In this document: in pieces, positions 8,873 through 19,023 of the stretch
Layout of the letters: every line of letters begins with the position of its first letter
Position numbering within the stretch: the stretch's first letter is position 1
DNA from: Acidimicrobiia bacterium
GTDB taxonomy: Bacteria > Actinomycetota > Acidimicrobiia > Acidimicrobiales > JANYDT01
Direction: 5' to 3'
NCBI GenBank assembly: GCA_031381685.1
Contig: JANMYF010000055.1
Coordinates: forward strand, 1,589-65,588
Length of the DNA stretch: 64,000 nt
Notes under the pieces: model-generated
Database searches by the model: none
Told to the model about the DNA's origin: nothing
The model's input: only the letters and a program-made list of their open reading frames with translations
Program-made: the position numbers and the translations under genes

Positions 8873-9616
8873 TTAGTGCACCTCACCGCCGAGGTAGCTC
8901 GCCTCGAGAAGGTCGCGGCGCGCCAGAAGCTCGGCGGCGGTACCGGAGAGCACCAACTCGCCGTGGTTCAACACATACCCACGGTCGGCAATCGACAACG
9001 CCATGTGCACGTGCTGCTCGACGATGAGGACGGCCGTGCCGGTCTCGTCGGCGATGCGTCGCACGATCGGGATCATCCGCTCGACGATGATCGGGGCCAG
9101 GCCCATGCTCATCTCGTCGACGAGAAGGGCCTTCGGCTCCGAGACCAGCGCACGAGCCATGGCGAGCATCTGCTGCTCGCCACCCGACAGCAGACCCGAG
9201 AGACGACTGCGCAACGGCGCGAGCGCCGGGAAGAGTTCCATGGCGCGCTCCATCGCAACCTTCTGCTGCGCCCGAGGACCGGTGAGACCGAGGCGCAGGT
9301 TTTCGGCGACGGTGAGGTCGAAGAAGAGCGAACGATCCTCGGCGACGTGGGCGAGGCCGCTGCGGGCGACCAGGTGAGGCTTGCCAAGCGGGACCTCCTT
9401 GCCGAACACCTCGACCGATCCGGCGACCGGGCGGAGGATTCCGGAAATGGTCAGCAGGGTGGTCGTCTTGCCGGCGCCGTTCGGGCCGAGCAGGGCGATC
9501 ACTTCTCCCTTGCCGACATGGAGGTCGAGGTTGCGCACGACAGGGATTCCGCCGTAGCCAGCGGCCAGGCCGGAGATCTTGATGACGGTCTCGGGCGGGG
9601 CGATAACCGTGCTCAT
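8873..9616 (-). CDS. livF: Branched-chain amino-acid ABC transporter ATP-binding protein (LivF-like)
   Basis: Walker A '[10 protein letters not shown]', signature 'LSGGEQQML', '[16 protein letters not shown]'. The start codon overlaps the livG stop by 1 nt (9616). Confidence 0.85.
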   Translation of the reverse strand: MSTVIAPPETVIKISGLAAGYGGIPVVRNLDLHVGKGEVIALLGPNGAGKTTTLLTISGILRPVAGSVEVFGKEVPLGKPHLVARSGLAHVAEDRSLFFDLTVAENLRLGLTGPRAQQKVAMERAMELFPALAPLRSRLSGLLSGGEQQMLAMARALVSEPKALLVDEMSMGLAPIIVERMIPIVRRIADETGTAVLIVEQHVHMALSIADRGYVLNHGELVLSGTAAELLARRDLLEASYLGGEVH

Positions 9617-10425
9617 CAGTGGTTCCTTCCGGCTGCCGCGGCTGCAGCAGCACCTTCTTGGGCTTGAAGCTCGCCGGCCTCGGCGCCGAGGTAGGCCCCG
9701 ATCACGGCCGGATCGGTGCGGATCTGATCCGGTGTGCCCTGGGCAATGATCCGGCCGAAGTCGAGCACGTAGATGTAGTCGCACACGTTGAGCACGAGGC
9801 CCATGTCGTGGTCGATGAGGAACACGGTGATGTCCTGGGTCAGGAAGTCACGCAGATGTGAACCGAGGGTTTGCGACTCAGCGGTGTCGAGGCCGGCGGC
9901 CGGCTCGTCGAGGAGCACCACCTTCGGTCGGCTGGCCAACGCCCGAGCCACGCTGACCAGCTTGCGCTGACCGTGCGAGAGGTCGAGGGTGAGCCGATCG
10001 CGCAGATCGCCAAGGCCCATGATGTTGAGTGCCCACTCGGCCTGTTCCGACGCCGCGAGCCGTCGGTTCGGCCGTACGAGATCGGTAAGGAATGAGGTGA
10101 ACGACGGCCGTTCGGCGTGCACGAGGAGGTTGTCCCACACCGTGAGGTCGTCGAAGAGCTCGAGCGACTGGAACGTGCGAGTGAGGCCGGCATCGGCGCG
10201 CTGCGCTGGGGACAGCGACGTGATGTCGTGTCCATTGAAATGCACCGTTCCCCGGGTCGGCGGGGTGAATCCGGTGATGGCGTCGATGAACGTCGTCTTG
10301 CCGGCGCCGTTCGGACCGATGAGCCCGCACACCATGCCGGACTGGACGACGAGGTCGACATCGTCGTTGGCGTTGAGTCCGCCGTAGGAGACGGTGAGTC
10401 CTTTGGCTTCGAGGATCGCAGTCAT
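9616..10425 (-). CDS. livG: Branched-chain amino-acid ABC transporter ATP-binding protein (LivG-like)
   Basis: '[10 protein letters not shown]', '[20 protein letters not shown]', 'LSHGQRKLV', 'LLDEPAAGL'. Confidence 0.85.
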   Translation of the reverse strand: MTAILEAKGLTVSYGGLNANDDVDLVVQSGMVCGLIGPNGAGKTTFIDAITGFTPPTRGTVHFNGHDITSLSPAQRADAGLTRTFQSLELFDDLTVWDNLLVHAERPSFTSFLTDLVRPNRRLAASEQAEWALNIMGLGDLRDRLTLDLSHGQRKLVSVARALASRPKVVLLDEPAAGLDTAESQTLGSHLRDFLTQDITVFLIDHDMGLVLNVCDYIYVLDFGRIIAQGTPDQIRTDPAVIGAYLGAEAGELQAQEGAAAAAAAGRNH

Positions 10426-10431
10426 GACGGA

Positions 10432-12765
10432 TCAGGCTCCCTGCTCGGTGACGGTCGCGGCGGGCACCGGTGCCGGCGCTCCGTGGCCGGGAGCAGCGTG
10501 GGCTCCGGCCTCGCCCTTGGTGATGACCCGCTTGAGGAAACCGAAGAGGTCCTTCGAGATGCCGCGGAAAAAGATGCCACTCAGCGGCACGAGAAGCAGG
10601 AACCAATTGCGCCACTCCTCGGCTTTGTTCCACAACAACAACGCCACCGGGATTGCCGCGACTGCCGCTCCGGGACCGACGGCGCGGATAGCTTTCAGCC
10701 ACTCTTTGCCCCGGGCCCGCAGCAGCCAGTTCCCGAGATACTGGAAGCCGGGCTGGAGACGTGGTGCGATACCGCCCGGGTTGTGGATGGCCGTGAAGAC
10801 GAGGGCGGCGCCTCCGATGATGCTGGTGAGGTCCACGCTGATCGCGTTGTGGAAGTGGTGGTTCGCCCATGCGGTGATCAGGCCGTTGGCGAAGATGATG
10901 CCGCCGATCATCGCCCCGTTGATCGAGGTGATCCCGCCGAGGTAGGCGAAGGCCAGCACGGAGAGGCTGAGGAAGAACACCCAGTTTGCTGAGCTGATCT
11001 GGCGGGCCTGGTAACCGAACATCACGCCGGAGATGCCAGCGATGGCCGACGCGATGGCGAAGGCGAGGAGCTTGGTGCGCATCACGTTCACGCCTGCCGC
11101 GGCGGCGGCCCGCTCGTTGGCGCGAACAGCGAGGAAGCGCCGACCAGTGCCGCTTCGGCGGATATTGGCGACGAGCACCGCCAAGCCGACGAGCACGACC
11201 ACGGTGAAGATGGCGAACTTCAGACTGCTGTTGAGCCCGTTCTTGCCGACGACGCCGAGGTCGATGCCGAAGAACGTCGGGTTCTTGAGATACGCCGGGG
11301 AACCGGCGGTCTGGTCGGTGAGGAGCTCGTTTTCGAAATAGATGCTCTGCAGACTGACTGCGGCCGCCATGGTGACCACGGCGAGCTGGACACCGCGCAC
11401 CCGAAGCGCCGGAAGGCCGAGAACCACGCCCACCACGACCGAGAAGACGATCCCGATCCCAGCGGCCAGCGGCCACGGAAGACCCGGCCCGCTGACGGGG
11501 AAGGCGGAAACCTCATTGGGCGTGCCGTTGGCGAGCATGCGCGCCGTCATGAACGCAGCACAGCCGGCGATCGACATCTGGGCCAAGGAGATCTGCCCGA
11601 CATAGCCTGTGAGCACGACGTAACTGAGCATGACCATGGCCGTGATCAACGTCGTCGTCACCGAGAAGCCGAACTTGCCACCATCGGCCCAGGCCGCCAA
11701 GGCAATGGCCGCGGCGCCCCAGATGAGGCTGTGCTGCCAGACCCGTTTCGGGTACGGAGCGAGCGGTAGGCGTTTCTCTTCCACCGTGCCTCGGATCGGT
11801 AGCGAGCGACCACGGACGAACAGGACGAACACAATGACGACCAACGGAAGCGCATTCGCGGCCGTTGCCTGCCAGGCCAAGGGGAACCAGCTGTTCGTCG
11901 GCAGCCACACTCCCGCCAGTGTCTGCAGAAGGCCGATGCCGATGCCGCCGGCGGTGGCAAACGGGATCGAGGAAAGCTTGCCGATCAGCGCCGCTCCGAG
12001 CGCCGGCACGACAAGCCCGGTGAACTTGACCGGGTTCAGAGCGCCGGTGATGGAACCGACGAGCACGCCCGCAAGTCCCGCGGCGACCGAGGCCACGACC
12101 CAGTTTGCAAGAGCGAGACGCTCCGGCGAGTACCCGAGGAGAACCGCACCCTTCTCGTTGCCGGCAGCGGCTCGCGTCGCCAGGCCGAAGCGGGTGTAGC
12201 GGAAGAATGCCCAGAGCGCCGCGCCGAAGACGACGGCGAAAACGGCGAGGAAAAACGACTCCTTGGCCAGCGGCTTGCCGAGGCCGAGGAAGTTGTTGAA
12301 CAGACCTTTCGGCAGGACCACCGACGGCTGCGGATTCTCGGTGCCGAAGTTCTTGAGCGCTACTCCTTGGAGGTAGAGCATCAAGCCGAGCGACCCGATC
12401 ACCTTGCCGAGCGGCGCCGCGTTGCGCAGCGGGCGGAACACCAGGTAGTGGGCGACCACACCGAGAAACGCCGACATGGCGAGGGCGATGACGAAGCTCG
12501 GGAACACACCGAGCCCACCACTGTCGATGGTGATACGAACAGGGACGTTCAGCGCATCGGTCGGGAGGAAGTCGATCCAGGGAAGCTGCAGTACGCCCTT
12601 CTTGCGCATCGAATCGAACTCGAAGGCAATGAACATGGCGATCGCACCCTGGGCGAAGTTGATCACGCCCGATCCGCGGAAGGCGATCACGATGCCGATG
12701 GCGATCAGGGCGAAGAAACCGCCTTGACCGAGGCCACCCAACATGATGGCAATGGGGTCTTTCAT
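10432..12765 (-). CDS. Fused LivH/LivM-type branched-chain amino-acid ABC permease
   Basis: A single 777-aa polytopic ORF. The N-terminal half looks LivH-like ('MKDPIAIMLGGLGQGGFFALIAIG...'). The C-terminal half looks LivM-like and has an extra hydrophobic tail. Confidence 0.8.
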   Translation of the reverse strand: MKDPIAIMLGGLGQGGFFALIAIGIVIAFRGSGVINFAQGAIAMFIAFEFDSMRKKGVLQLPWIDFLPTDALNVPVRITIDSGGLGVFPSFVIALAMSAFLGVVAHYLVFRPLRNAAPLGKVIGSLGLMLYLQGVALKNFGTENPQPSVVLPKGLFNNFLGLGKPLAKESFFLAVFAVVFGAALWAFFRYTRFGLATRAAAGNEKGAVLLGYSPERLALANWVVASVAAGLAGVLVGSITGALNPVKFTGLVVPALGAALIGKLSSIPFATAGGIGIGLLQTLAGVWLPTNSWFPLAWQATAANALPLVVIVFVLFVRGRSLPIRGTVEEKRLPLAPYPKRVWQHSLIWGAAAIALAAWADGGKFGFSVTTTLITAMVMLSYVVLTGYVGQISLAQMSIAGCAAFMTARMLANGTPNEVSAFPVSGPGLPWPLAAGIGIVFSVVVGVVLGLPALRVRGVQLAVVTMAAAVSLQSIYFENELLTDQTAGSPAYLKNPTFFGIDLGVVGKNGLNSSLKFAIFTVVVLVGLAVLVANIRRSGTGRRFLAVRANERAAAAAGVNVMRTKLLAFAIASAIAGISGVMFGYQARQISSANWVFFLSLSVLAFAYLGGITSINGAMIGGIIFANGLITAWANHHFHNAISVDLTSIIGGAALVFTAIHNPGGIAPRLQPGFQYLGNWLLRARGKEWLKAIRAVGPGAAVAAIPVALLLWNKAEEWRNWFLLLVPLSGIFFRGISKDLFGFLKRVITKGEAGAHAAPGHGAPAPVPAATVTEQGA

Positions 12766-12843
12766 GGATGCTCCAGGCGAAGAACGCCACAAGTCGATAG
12801 GTGATGGGACGCGGCGCGGGTCGACCCAGCCGGGATACAACAC

Positions 12844-12911
12844 GGGGTGGCCGATCCGACCACCCCTTGCGCTGCAGGCGCTCGGGTCCGGCGTCGTAAA
12901 GACGCCGGACC
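12844..12911 (-). promoter_or_regulatory. Two intercistronic stem-loops between the SBP gene and the permease gene
   Basis: 12844-12866: ggggtgg/ccacccc, 7 bp. 12885-12911: ggtccggcgtc/gacgccggacc, 11 bp with loop gtaaa. The second starts about 19 nt after the SBP stop. No U tract. Confidence 0.5.
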
Positions 12912-12929
12912 GGAGCGATCAAGCGATGC

Positions 12930-14462
12930 TCAGCGACCGAAGTCGAGTGCCGTGCCCTTGATCAGGTAGAGCCCGGAGAAGTCGGAACGCTTCACGTCGT
13001 ACCCAGCGCCGTTCCACTGCGAGGACGTGACACGGGCGTTGCAGACGGAGAGGTACGGTGCCGCTGCTGAGGTGCACTCCAACGGAGTGCTGCCCCAAGA
13101 GTGGCTGCGCACGGTCTTGGCGAACGCGTCCTCGAGACTCTGCGCATTCAGCGACGACGGATTGCCCTTGGCGGCGATGTTCCCCTGAATCCAGACGTTC
13201 ATCATCCCGAGGAAGCCCGCGGTGGCGAAACCCTTCAGCTTCTGATCCTTGGCGCCGTACTTGTCGCTCTTGGACAGGTAGAGCTTCGACTGCTCCTGGA
13301 GGAGTCCCTTCAGGTTGCCGGTCTGGGTGATCGGGGAAGAGCCGATGAAGTAGATGCCCTTGGCGAGATCACCTGCTGCCGTAGCCGCCTTGTCGTCGAT
13401 GCATGCACCGGAAAGAACGAGCGGGATCTTCGACGGGGTCCAGCCGAGCTTGCCGAGGGCGTTCACGAAGGTCCAGCAGTCAGCGCCCTGGGCCGAGAAG
13501 ACGATCACATCCGGCTTGAAGTCGAGCACCTGCTGGGCCTGGGGGGTGACGTCGGCCTGACCCGGAAGGATCGGCACGCCGATGTGGGTCAGCTTCGGCT
13601 TGGTGAGAGCGGCCGAGTTGTCCTTGGCCTGAGTCGTGCCGTTGAGGACGTTGAGCGGCTTCTTCTCGAGGTCGTGGTAGCAGAATACGCCTGGCGGGGT
13701 GTTGGCCCACGGCACGGCAACCTTCTGGCCGCCGAGATCATTTGTCGCGAACTCGATCAGACCGGTGTGCACGCCAAGGCATCCGCCACCGCCGCCGATG
13801 GCGTAGGTGCCGGGACTGGTGAAGTCGGCGGGGGAGATCGGCGTACCGACGATGACCGGGATCTTCGCCGCGTTGTACGTGGCGAAGTGGTTGCCGAAGA
13901 AGTTGAGCGACGAGAACACCATGAAAGGCTTCTTGGCGGCGAGCTCGTTGGCGCACTTCGTCGAGTCGGTCGGATTGATCGCCATCGAGCACACCTCGAG
14001 CTTGATCGGACGCCCGGGCTTGCCGGCGGCAATATCGCCACCGATCCCACCTAGTTCGTTGTTGATATAGCCAACAGCGGCTTCGGCGCCGAACCGGTAC
14101 TCCGGGAACGATCCGGCGGGATCACCCTCGGGGTTCTGGAAACCGATGACGATCGGGTCCCCAGCCGCCTTGAGCGGCTTAGCCTCGGCGCAATTCTCGT
14201 TGAAGGCGACCTGGCCGGCACCGTCCCCGTACGTCTTGTCGAGCGACGTGTCGACCTTCGCAGCACACGGGCCCGCGGCGCCGGCAGCCGGGGCCGCCGT
14301 GGCCGCCGGGGCGGCGGTGGTCGCGACGGGCTTCCTGGTCGTCTTTTTGGCGACCTTTTTGGCGGTCTTCTTCGTGGCAGCCACGCTCGAGGTTGCCGGA
14401 GCAACGAGCGCTGCGGCAATGGCGATGGCGATCAGTCCGGCGACGGACCTTTTTCTTGACAT
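12930..14462 (-). CDS. Branched-chain amino-acid ABC transporter substrate-binding protein (LivJ/K-like), membrane-anchored with a basic Ala/Lys/Thr linker
   Basis: 510-aa ORF. N-terminal hydrophobic anchor 'VAGLIAIAIAAALVA', then 'ATKKTAKKVAKKTTRKPVATTAAPAATAAP', then a periplasmic-binding-protein type I-like body. Confidence 0.8.
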   Translation of the reverse strand: MSRKRSVAGLIAIAIAAALVAPATSSVAATKKTAKKVAKKTTRKPVATTAAPAATAAPAAGAAGPCAAKVDTSLDKTYGDGAGQVAFNENCAEAKPLKAAGDPIVIGFQNPEGDPAGSFPEYRFGAEAAVGYINNELGGIGGDIAAGKPGRPIKLEVCSMAINPTDSTKCANELAAKKPFMVFSSLNFFGNHFATYNAAKIPVIVGTPISPADFTSPGTYAIGGGGGCLGVHTGLIEFATNDLGGQKVAVPWANTPPGVFCYHDLEKKPLNVLNGTTQAKDNSAALTKPKLTHIGVPILPGQADVTPQAQQVLDFKPDVIVFSAQGADCWTFVNALGKLGWTPSKIPLVLSGACIDDKAATAAGDLAKGIYFIGSSPITQTGNLKGLLQEQSKLYLSKSDKYGAKDQKLKGFATAGFLGMMNVWIQGNIAAKGNPSSLNAQSLEDAFAKTVRSHSWGSTPLECTSAAAPYLSVCNARVTSSQWNGAGYDVKRSDFSGLYLIKGTALDFGR

Positions 14463-14609
14463 GCTTCCCCCTAAGTGGAGCCTGATGTGACGGCAGGTGC
14501 CTGGATTGGACGGTGGCGCTGGGGAAGTGGGCGGCGACCCGGAACGGGCCTTCCGTCACACGTGACCGGCGACACAGACAGTCAAGCAGGCCAACACCCC
14601 AGAAAACAA

Positions 14610-14629
14610 AATTCACCGTTCAGTGAATT
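14610..14629. promoter_or_regulatory. Palindrome in an AT-rich stretch upstream of the liv operon (candidate operator)
   Basis: aattcac-cgttca-gtgaatt, 7-bp perfect arms, about 150 nt upstream of the SBP start. Local AT richness (agaaaacaaaattcacc). Confidence 0.35.
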
Positions 14630-14675
14630 AGGCCGTCGCGGTCTGCTAAAAGCCACCTTCGACGACCGGACCGCG

Positions 14676-15455
14676 TCAGCCCAACCGCGACTCGGCCATG
14701 GTGGCCGGACTGTTGTAGATCGCGGTTTCGAAGCTACGCAGAAGCGACGCCAACTGCGATGCGTCGCAGACCCGGTGGTCGTAGCTGACGCTGACGCCGA
14801 GGATATTTGCCACTGCGGGAGCGCCGTCGCGCACCACCACAGCGGACGCCACGGCGCCGACAGAGCAGACGAGCGCGCACCGGGTGAAGGGAACAAAAGG
14901 AACGTCGACGGCGGGAAGACCGAACCGGGCAACCGACGAGATGAGGGCCGCGCCGAAGGGCGCTCCCGGGATCCCCATGGCGCCGACTCCCAATCCCGCG
15001 GATAGCGCCGACCAGCACCGAAGCGCAGGACGGCTCACCACGACCGGAAATGCCTCGGCAAAACGCGTGGCCCGGGCCAATGGACCCGTGCGACTGCGTG
15101 CGTCACGGGTGGCCGAACGAAGCGCGCGCTGGAACTCGGTCGGGCTGAGCTCGTCGGCACGGTCAACCACCGCGATACGAAGGTCATTCGACGCATCAAC
15201 CGCAAAAGAAACGCGGACGGTTCGATGCGGTCGAACCGTCCAGCGGCCGGCGCGTCGATTTGCGACGGGATTGGCGGCGAGGGCTCGGCCGAGGGCAAAG
15301 CCAACGATCGCAACGGGGGCGATGTTGGGATGGGTGCGGGCGATGCGATCCCAGTCGAGTTGGAGCCGCGTGCCAATCCTGGCGTCGACACTTCCGGTCC
15401 ACGTCGCCATGGCGATCCGGTCGCGGCGCTTCAGTCGACCCGATGATGCCGTCAT
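14676..15455 (-). CDS. Stand-alone 2-oxoacid dehydrogenase E2-type acyltransferase catalytic-domain protein
   Basis: C-terminal 'SVSYDHRVCDASQLASLL' resembles the DHRxxDG catalytic motif. No lipoyl or E3-binding domain is present. Confidence 0.6.
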   Translation of the reverse strand: MTASSGRLKRRDRIAMATWTGSVDARIGTRLQLDWDRIARTHPNIAPVAIVGFALGRALAANPVANRRAGRWTVRPHRTVRVSFAVDASNDLRIAVVDRADELSPTEFQRALRSATRDARSRTGPLARATRFAEAFPVVVSRPALRCWSALSAGLGVGAMGIPGAPFGAALISSVARFGLPAVDVPFVPFTRCALVCSVGAVASAVVVRDGAPAVANILGVSVSYDHRVCDASQLASLLRSFETAIYNSPATMAESRLG

Positions 15456-15634
15456 GCGAAACAAGGTTCGGCACTCGGGTCCCAAGTCATGAGGTCACGC
15501 TACAGACGGAACTCACGGCACCGATCTGCGCACGGCCGGTGGGATGTCCGCGAAGGCACTTCTCGGTGACCTCTCGACGTGGGGTTCGACCGCCGTGGCC
15601 GAGAAGGGAAACGAAGCCGCGAGGCAGTGGTCGG

Positions 15635-16468
15635 TCAGACGCCACAGTTCTCGTTGGCGACGGATTTCCAGCGGCTCGCCGCGTTGGTGCCGGCTTTGTA
15701 GATATCGGTGCGGCCTGCCTCCCAGGCCGTGAGCTCGGTGATGACCTCCATGTTGCCGTCGCCGTCGAGATCGCCGATCGCCAGCACCCAGTGCTGGGAG
15801 CCGTCGGAGGCGACGCCGGCCGATGCCCCGAACCGTTCGAAGTACAGGACTCGCTCCACCGCCTTGCCGCCGCGAAGCGAGCGAACCATCACCAGGTCAT
15901 AGTCGCCGACGGTTGTGGCGATCTGGAAGTCGCCGCTCGTCTGGAAGTTCGACGCCGTGATGACGACGTCATCGCGACCGTCACCATCGAGGTCGACCTG
16001 ATACTGGCCGGTGATGCGGACGATCGGGTTCGGAATCCCGTTCTTGCCGAGGAACCCACCCACGATTGCCCGGTACGCGCGGCCCTTCGGGTCGAGCCGT
16101 TTCACCGGCCGGGGGACGAGGGGCCAGGTTGCGCCGACGACACGGAGAGGATCGTCGCCACCGCCGAGGTCGCCGTACTGCCAGTTCCAGCTGCAGATGT
16201 CGGGGGGCTGGGTGGCGGCGAGCTTCTTGGTGCCGAGCGACCTCTCCCCGGAGAGGCTCAGGGAACGAACCGGGGCGGAGTCGGGGAGTCTTTCCTGGAG
16301 CGTGTCGGCGCTGACCCATCGGTCGTTGGACACTCCGCCGATCAGGTAGTCCGACGTGGCGTTCATCACCGCGACCGTCGGCTTGGGAGTGCGGGCTCCG
16401 GAGGGTTCGGCCAGGACCACCGCAGCAACGACGGCACTTGCGAGCAGCGGGATGAGGCGTCGAGTCAT
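15635..16468 (-). CDS. Secreted hypothetical protein with FG-GAP/VCBS-like Asp-rich loops
   Basis: Signal peptide 'MTRRLIPLLASAVVAAVVLAEPSGA'. Motifs 'DLDGDGRDDVV' and 'GDLDGDGNMEV'. Confidence 0.6.
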   Translation of the reverse strand: MTRRLIPLLASAVVAAVVLAEPSGARTPKPTVAVMNATSDYLIGGVSNDRWVSADTLQERLPDSAPVRSLSLSGERSLGTKKLAATQPPDICSWNWQYGDLGGGDDPLRVVGATWPLVPRPVKRLDPKGRAYRAIVGGFLGKNGIPNPIVRITGQYQVDLDGDGRDDVVITASNFQTSGDFQIATTVGDYDLVMVRSLRGGKAVERVLYFERFGASAGVASDGSQHWVLAIGDLDGDGNMEVITELTAWEAGRTDIYKAGTNAASRWKSVANENCGV

Positions 16469-16508
16469 GCTGGTAGGACGACCCGGGAGCACGAGTCGGT
16501 TCCCCGGT

Positions 16509-17702
16509 TCAGTCCCACGCAACCGGAAGGACCTTGCGACCCCACAGGAACGGGGCGTCGAGTCGCTTCGTCTCGCCGACCAGACGCATCGTCGGAAACC
16601 TCGACACCAGGGTCTCCACCGCGATCCGACCGCTGAGGCGGGCCAGACCGGCGCCGAGGCAGTAGTGGATGCCCCAGGAGAACGCGAGATGCTTCTTCAG
16701 GTCGGTGAGCGGACGATCGAGCCGGAACTCGTCGGCGTTCGTGAACAGCGCGGGATCTCGGTTCGCCGACGCATAGAGGACCATCACCTTCGAATCCTCG
16801 GGGATCGCCACGCCACCGACCTCGGTCGCGACATTGTTGGTGCGACACAGCCCGAGCACCGGCGGATCGAACCGGAGGCTCTCCTCGACCGCCACCTCGA
16901 TGAGCGAGGGATCGGCGACGAGTTGCGCCCACAGCGACGGGGTCTCCAGCACCCGCCACATGAGGTTGGTGATCAGCGACGTCGTCGTCTCGTGCCCGGC
17001 GACGAGGAACTGCGACACCGTGTTCACGGCTTCGTCGATCGGCAACACCCCGCCGTCGTCATCGTACGGAGCGGTCGCGACGTAGGACAGGAAGCCGTCC
17101 GGAAGGTCCTCTCCCTTCGCATGGAGGGCTCGACGCAGTTCGATCTGCTCGCGGGCGAAGCGGCCGATCCCGAGCCGTCCGTCGCGACCGCGGTCCTGAT
17201 AGGCCATACCCGCCACCATGTCGTCGGCCCAGCGGCTGAACTGTTCACGGTCGGCGATGTCGATTCCGAGCAGCGCACAGAAGCTCGCCACCGGCAGCGC
17301 AAGGGCGTAGTCGTGGTTCAACTCACAGCCGCCGCGACCCGAAGCGCGCAGACCGTCGGCGAGTGACTCCGCGAGCTCGCGGATCGCGGGAGCGGTCCGA
17401 TTCACCGCACTCGGCAGGAACGGGTCACGGAGGAAGCGGCGGCGATGGGTGTGGACCGGCGGATCGTCGTGCTGCACGTCGCCCACGCTCGACGACTTCT
17501 TCACGCCGGGTCCCTTGGCGTTGGACCAGATCGCCGGGTCCTGGAGGATGGCGACAACGTCTCCGGGTGACGCGACGGTGAACAGCGAGTAGTCGGCGGT
17601 CGCCTCGAAGTGGACCGGGCACTTCGCCCGCAACTCGCGATGGGCTGCGGCCGGATCGTCGAGGACGTGCGGAGCGGTGAGCGAGTAGTCGGTGTCCGTC
17701 AT
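16509..17702 (-). CDS. Cytochrome P450
   Basis: Heme-binding loop 'FSWGIHYCLGAGLA'; 'AGHETT' I-helix; 'EESLRF' (ExxR). Confidence 0.9.
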   Translation of the reverse strand: MTDTDYSLTAPHVLDDPAAAHRELRAKCPVHFEATADYSLFTVASPGDVVAILQDPAIWSNAKGPGVKKSSSVGDVQHDDPPVHTHRRRFLRDPFLPSAVNRTAPAIRELAESLADGLRASGRGGCELNHDYALALPVASFCALLGIDIADREQFSRWADDMVAGMAYQDRGRDGRLGIGRFAREQIELRRALHAKGEDLPDGFLSYVATAPYDDDGGVLPIDEAVNTVSQFLVAGHETTTSLITNLMWRVLETPSLWAQLVADPSLIEVAVEESLRFDPPVLGLCRTNNVATEVGGVAIPEDSKVMVLYASANRDPALFTNADEFRLDRPLTDLKKHLAFSWGIHYCLGAGLARLSGRIAVETLVSRFPTMRLVGETKRLDAPFLWGRKVLPVAWD

Positions 17703-17739
17703 GCGCGGAATCTACCGGTCGCAGGCCGCGAGAGGCGAG

Positions 17740-18971
17740 TCACCGTTCGACGGGCTCGGAGCTTGCGTCGTAGTTCCAGCAGCGAACGGTCCGATCGGCC
17801 CTCGCTGCGCACAGCGAGGAATAGCTGGCGTCGATCGCCACAGCGTCGTTGACGCCCGGCATGGCGAATGGGGCCGTCTCGCCCGCGTCCGCAGGTTCGC
17901 CGAATGCGGCCGCACGAGTGCCGAGACAGCGAACGGCAACGTTCGTCAGCGCACAGACATGCTCCAGACCGACGGCGATGCCGGTCGCCGGGCCGAGGTC
18001 GCCGACTGCTCCCGCCACCGGACTCCCGGCGTCGATCGTCTCTGCGCCGAACTGCCCCTTGTCGTTCTGCCCCCAACACCAGACCTCGCCGGAGCCGGTT
18101 CGGGCACACGACGCGTACATCCCGACGCGGATCTCCGCGGCGTCCTCGATCCCCTCAACGGGGCGACGCCACCCTCGGCGGCGCCTCCCGCCTGACCGGC
18201 AAGGTCGTCGCCCCAGCACGAGACACTCCGATCGACGGTGATGGCGCAGGTGTGCCCGAAGCCGCCATCGACGGCGACCGCTCCTTCAACACCGTCAACC
18301 AGTCGCGGCGCGACGACGGGATCGTCCGAAGGTTGTCCACCGACCTGTCCGGCGATGTTCATCCCCCAACAGAACAACGAACGGTCGCGAGCGGACACCG
18401 CACAGCTGTGGAAGTCCCCCGCGGCCAATGCAACGGCATCGGTGATTCCATCAACGCGCGTCGGACGAGAAGCGTCGGTAGTGTCGCCCGTGCCGAGCTG
18501 GCCGTAGTCGTTGAGACCCCAGCACCACACCTCGCCGGGGGACTGGACGACCGCGCACGTGTGCTGGTCGCCGGCGGCGAGCAGCGTGACCCCCGAGAAA
18601 TCCTGCACGTCGACGGGCCCATCGGCCGGGAGGTCGTCGCCCCGCCCGAGTTGGCCGTGGTCGTTCGCACCCCAGCACTCGACGAGACCATCGACCGCCT
18701 TACATGCGTCGAAGACGCCGACCGCGACCAGCGTCCCGGCGGGCAGCGAACCCGTTGCCGTTCGGACGGTTGCCGCCGACGCTGCGGTCGTGGCGTTGGT
18801 CGGCTCGGGTGCCATCGACGTCGGGGCCGCGCCGGAACCACAGGAGCTGAGGGCGACCATCATCGTCAGCGCCCACGAGACCGCCGGCCTCGTTCGACGA
18901 GGTGATGGGGTGGAGCGATTCGTTTCCGTCCGTAGCAGAGTACCGAACGACCTCCGGGCTCGAGGGCCCAT
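17740..18971 (-). pseudogene. RCC1-repeat (seven-blade propeller-like) putative lipoprotein with an apparent frameshift near 18160-18172
   Basis: Blades 'ECWGANDHGQLG', 'WCWGLNDYGQLG', 'FCWGMNIAGQVG' and 'SCWGDDLAGQAG' lie in the frame of ORF 17946..19142. The next blade, 'VEGIEDAAEIRVGMYASCARTGSGEVWCWGQNDKGQFG', continues in the frame of ORF 17740..18219. Lipobox-like 'MMVALSSC'. Start uncertain. Confidence 0.7.
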
Positions 18972-19023
18972 CGTCGGGGCCGATCGACTCTTGTCGCTCC
19001 GGAAGGGGCCCGGGTAGCTTCGA

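Noticed and set aside
9878-11476. Very long Arg/Pro/Gly-rich ORFs on the opposite strand or in alternative frames. Examples: 9878..11476, 5909..6877, 20469..21831, 33753..34808, 55618..56874, 44024..45229, 51615..53180.
   Set aside because: These are typical high-GC shadow ORFs. They have no motifs and Arg-rich composition, and each overlaps a gene with clear family motifs in another frame.
17703-17739. A search for a mini-ORF (RiPP-type precursor) upstream of the P450, prompted by the Trp-rich repeats elsewhere in the window.
   Set aside because: The spacer is 37 nt and holds no start codon or ORF. The P450 is not adjacent to the Trp-repeat genes.
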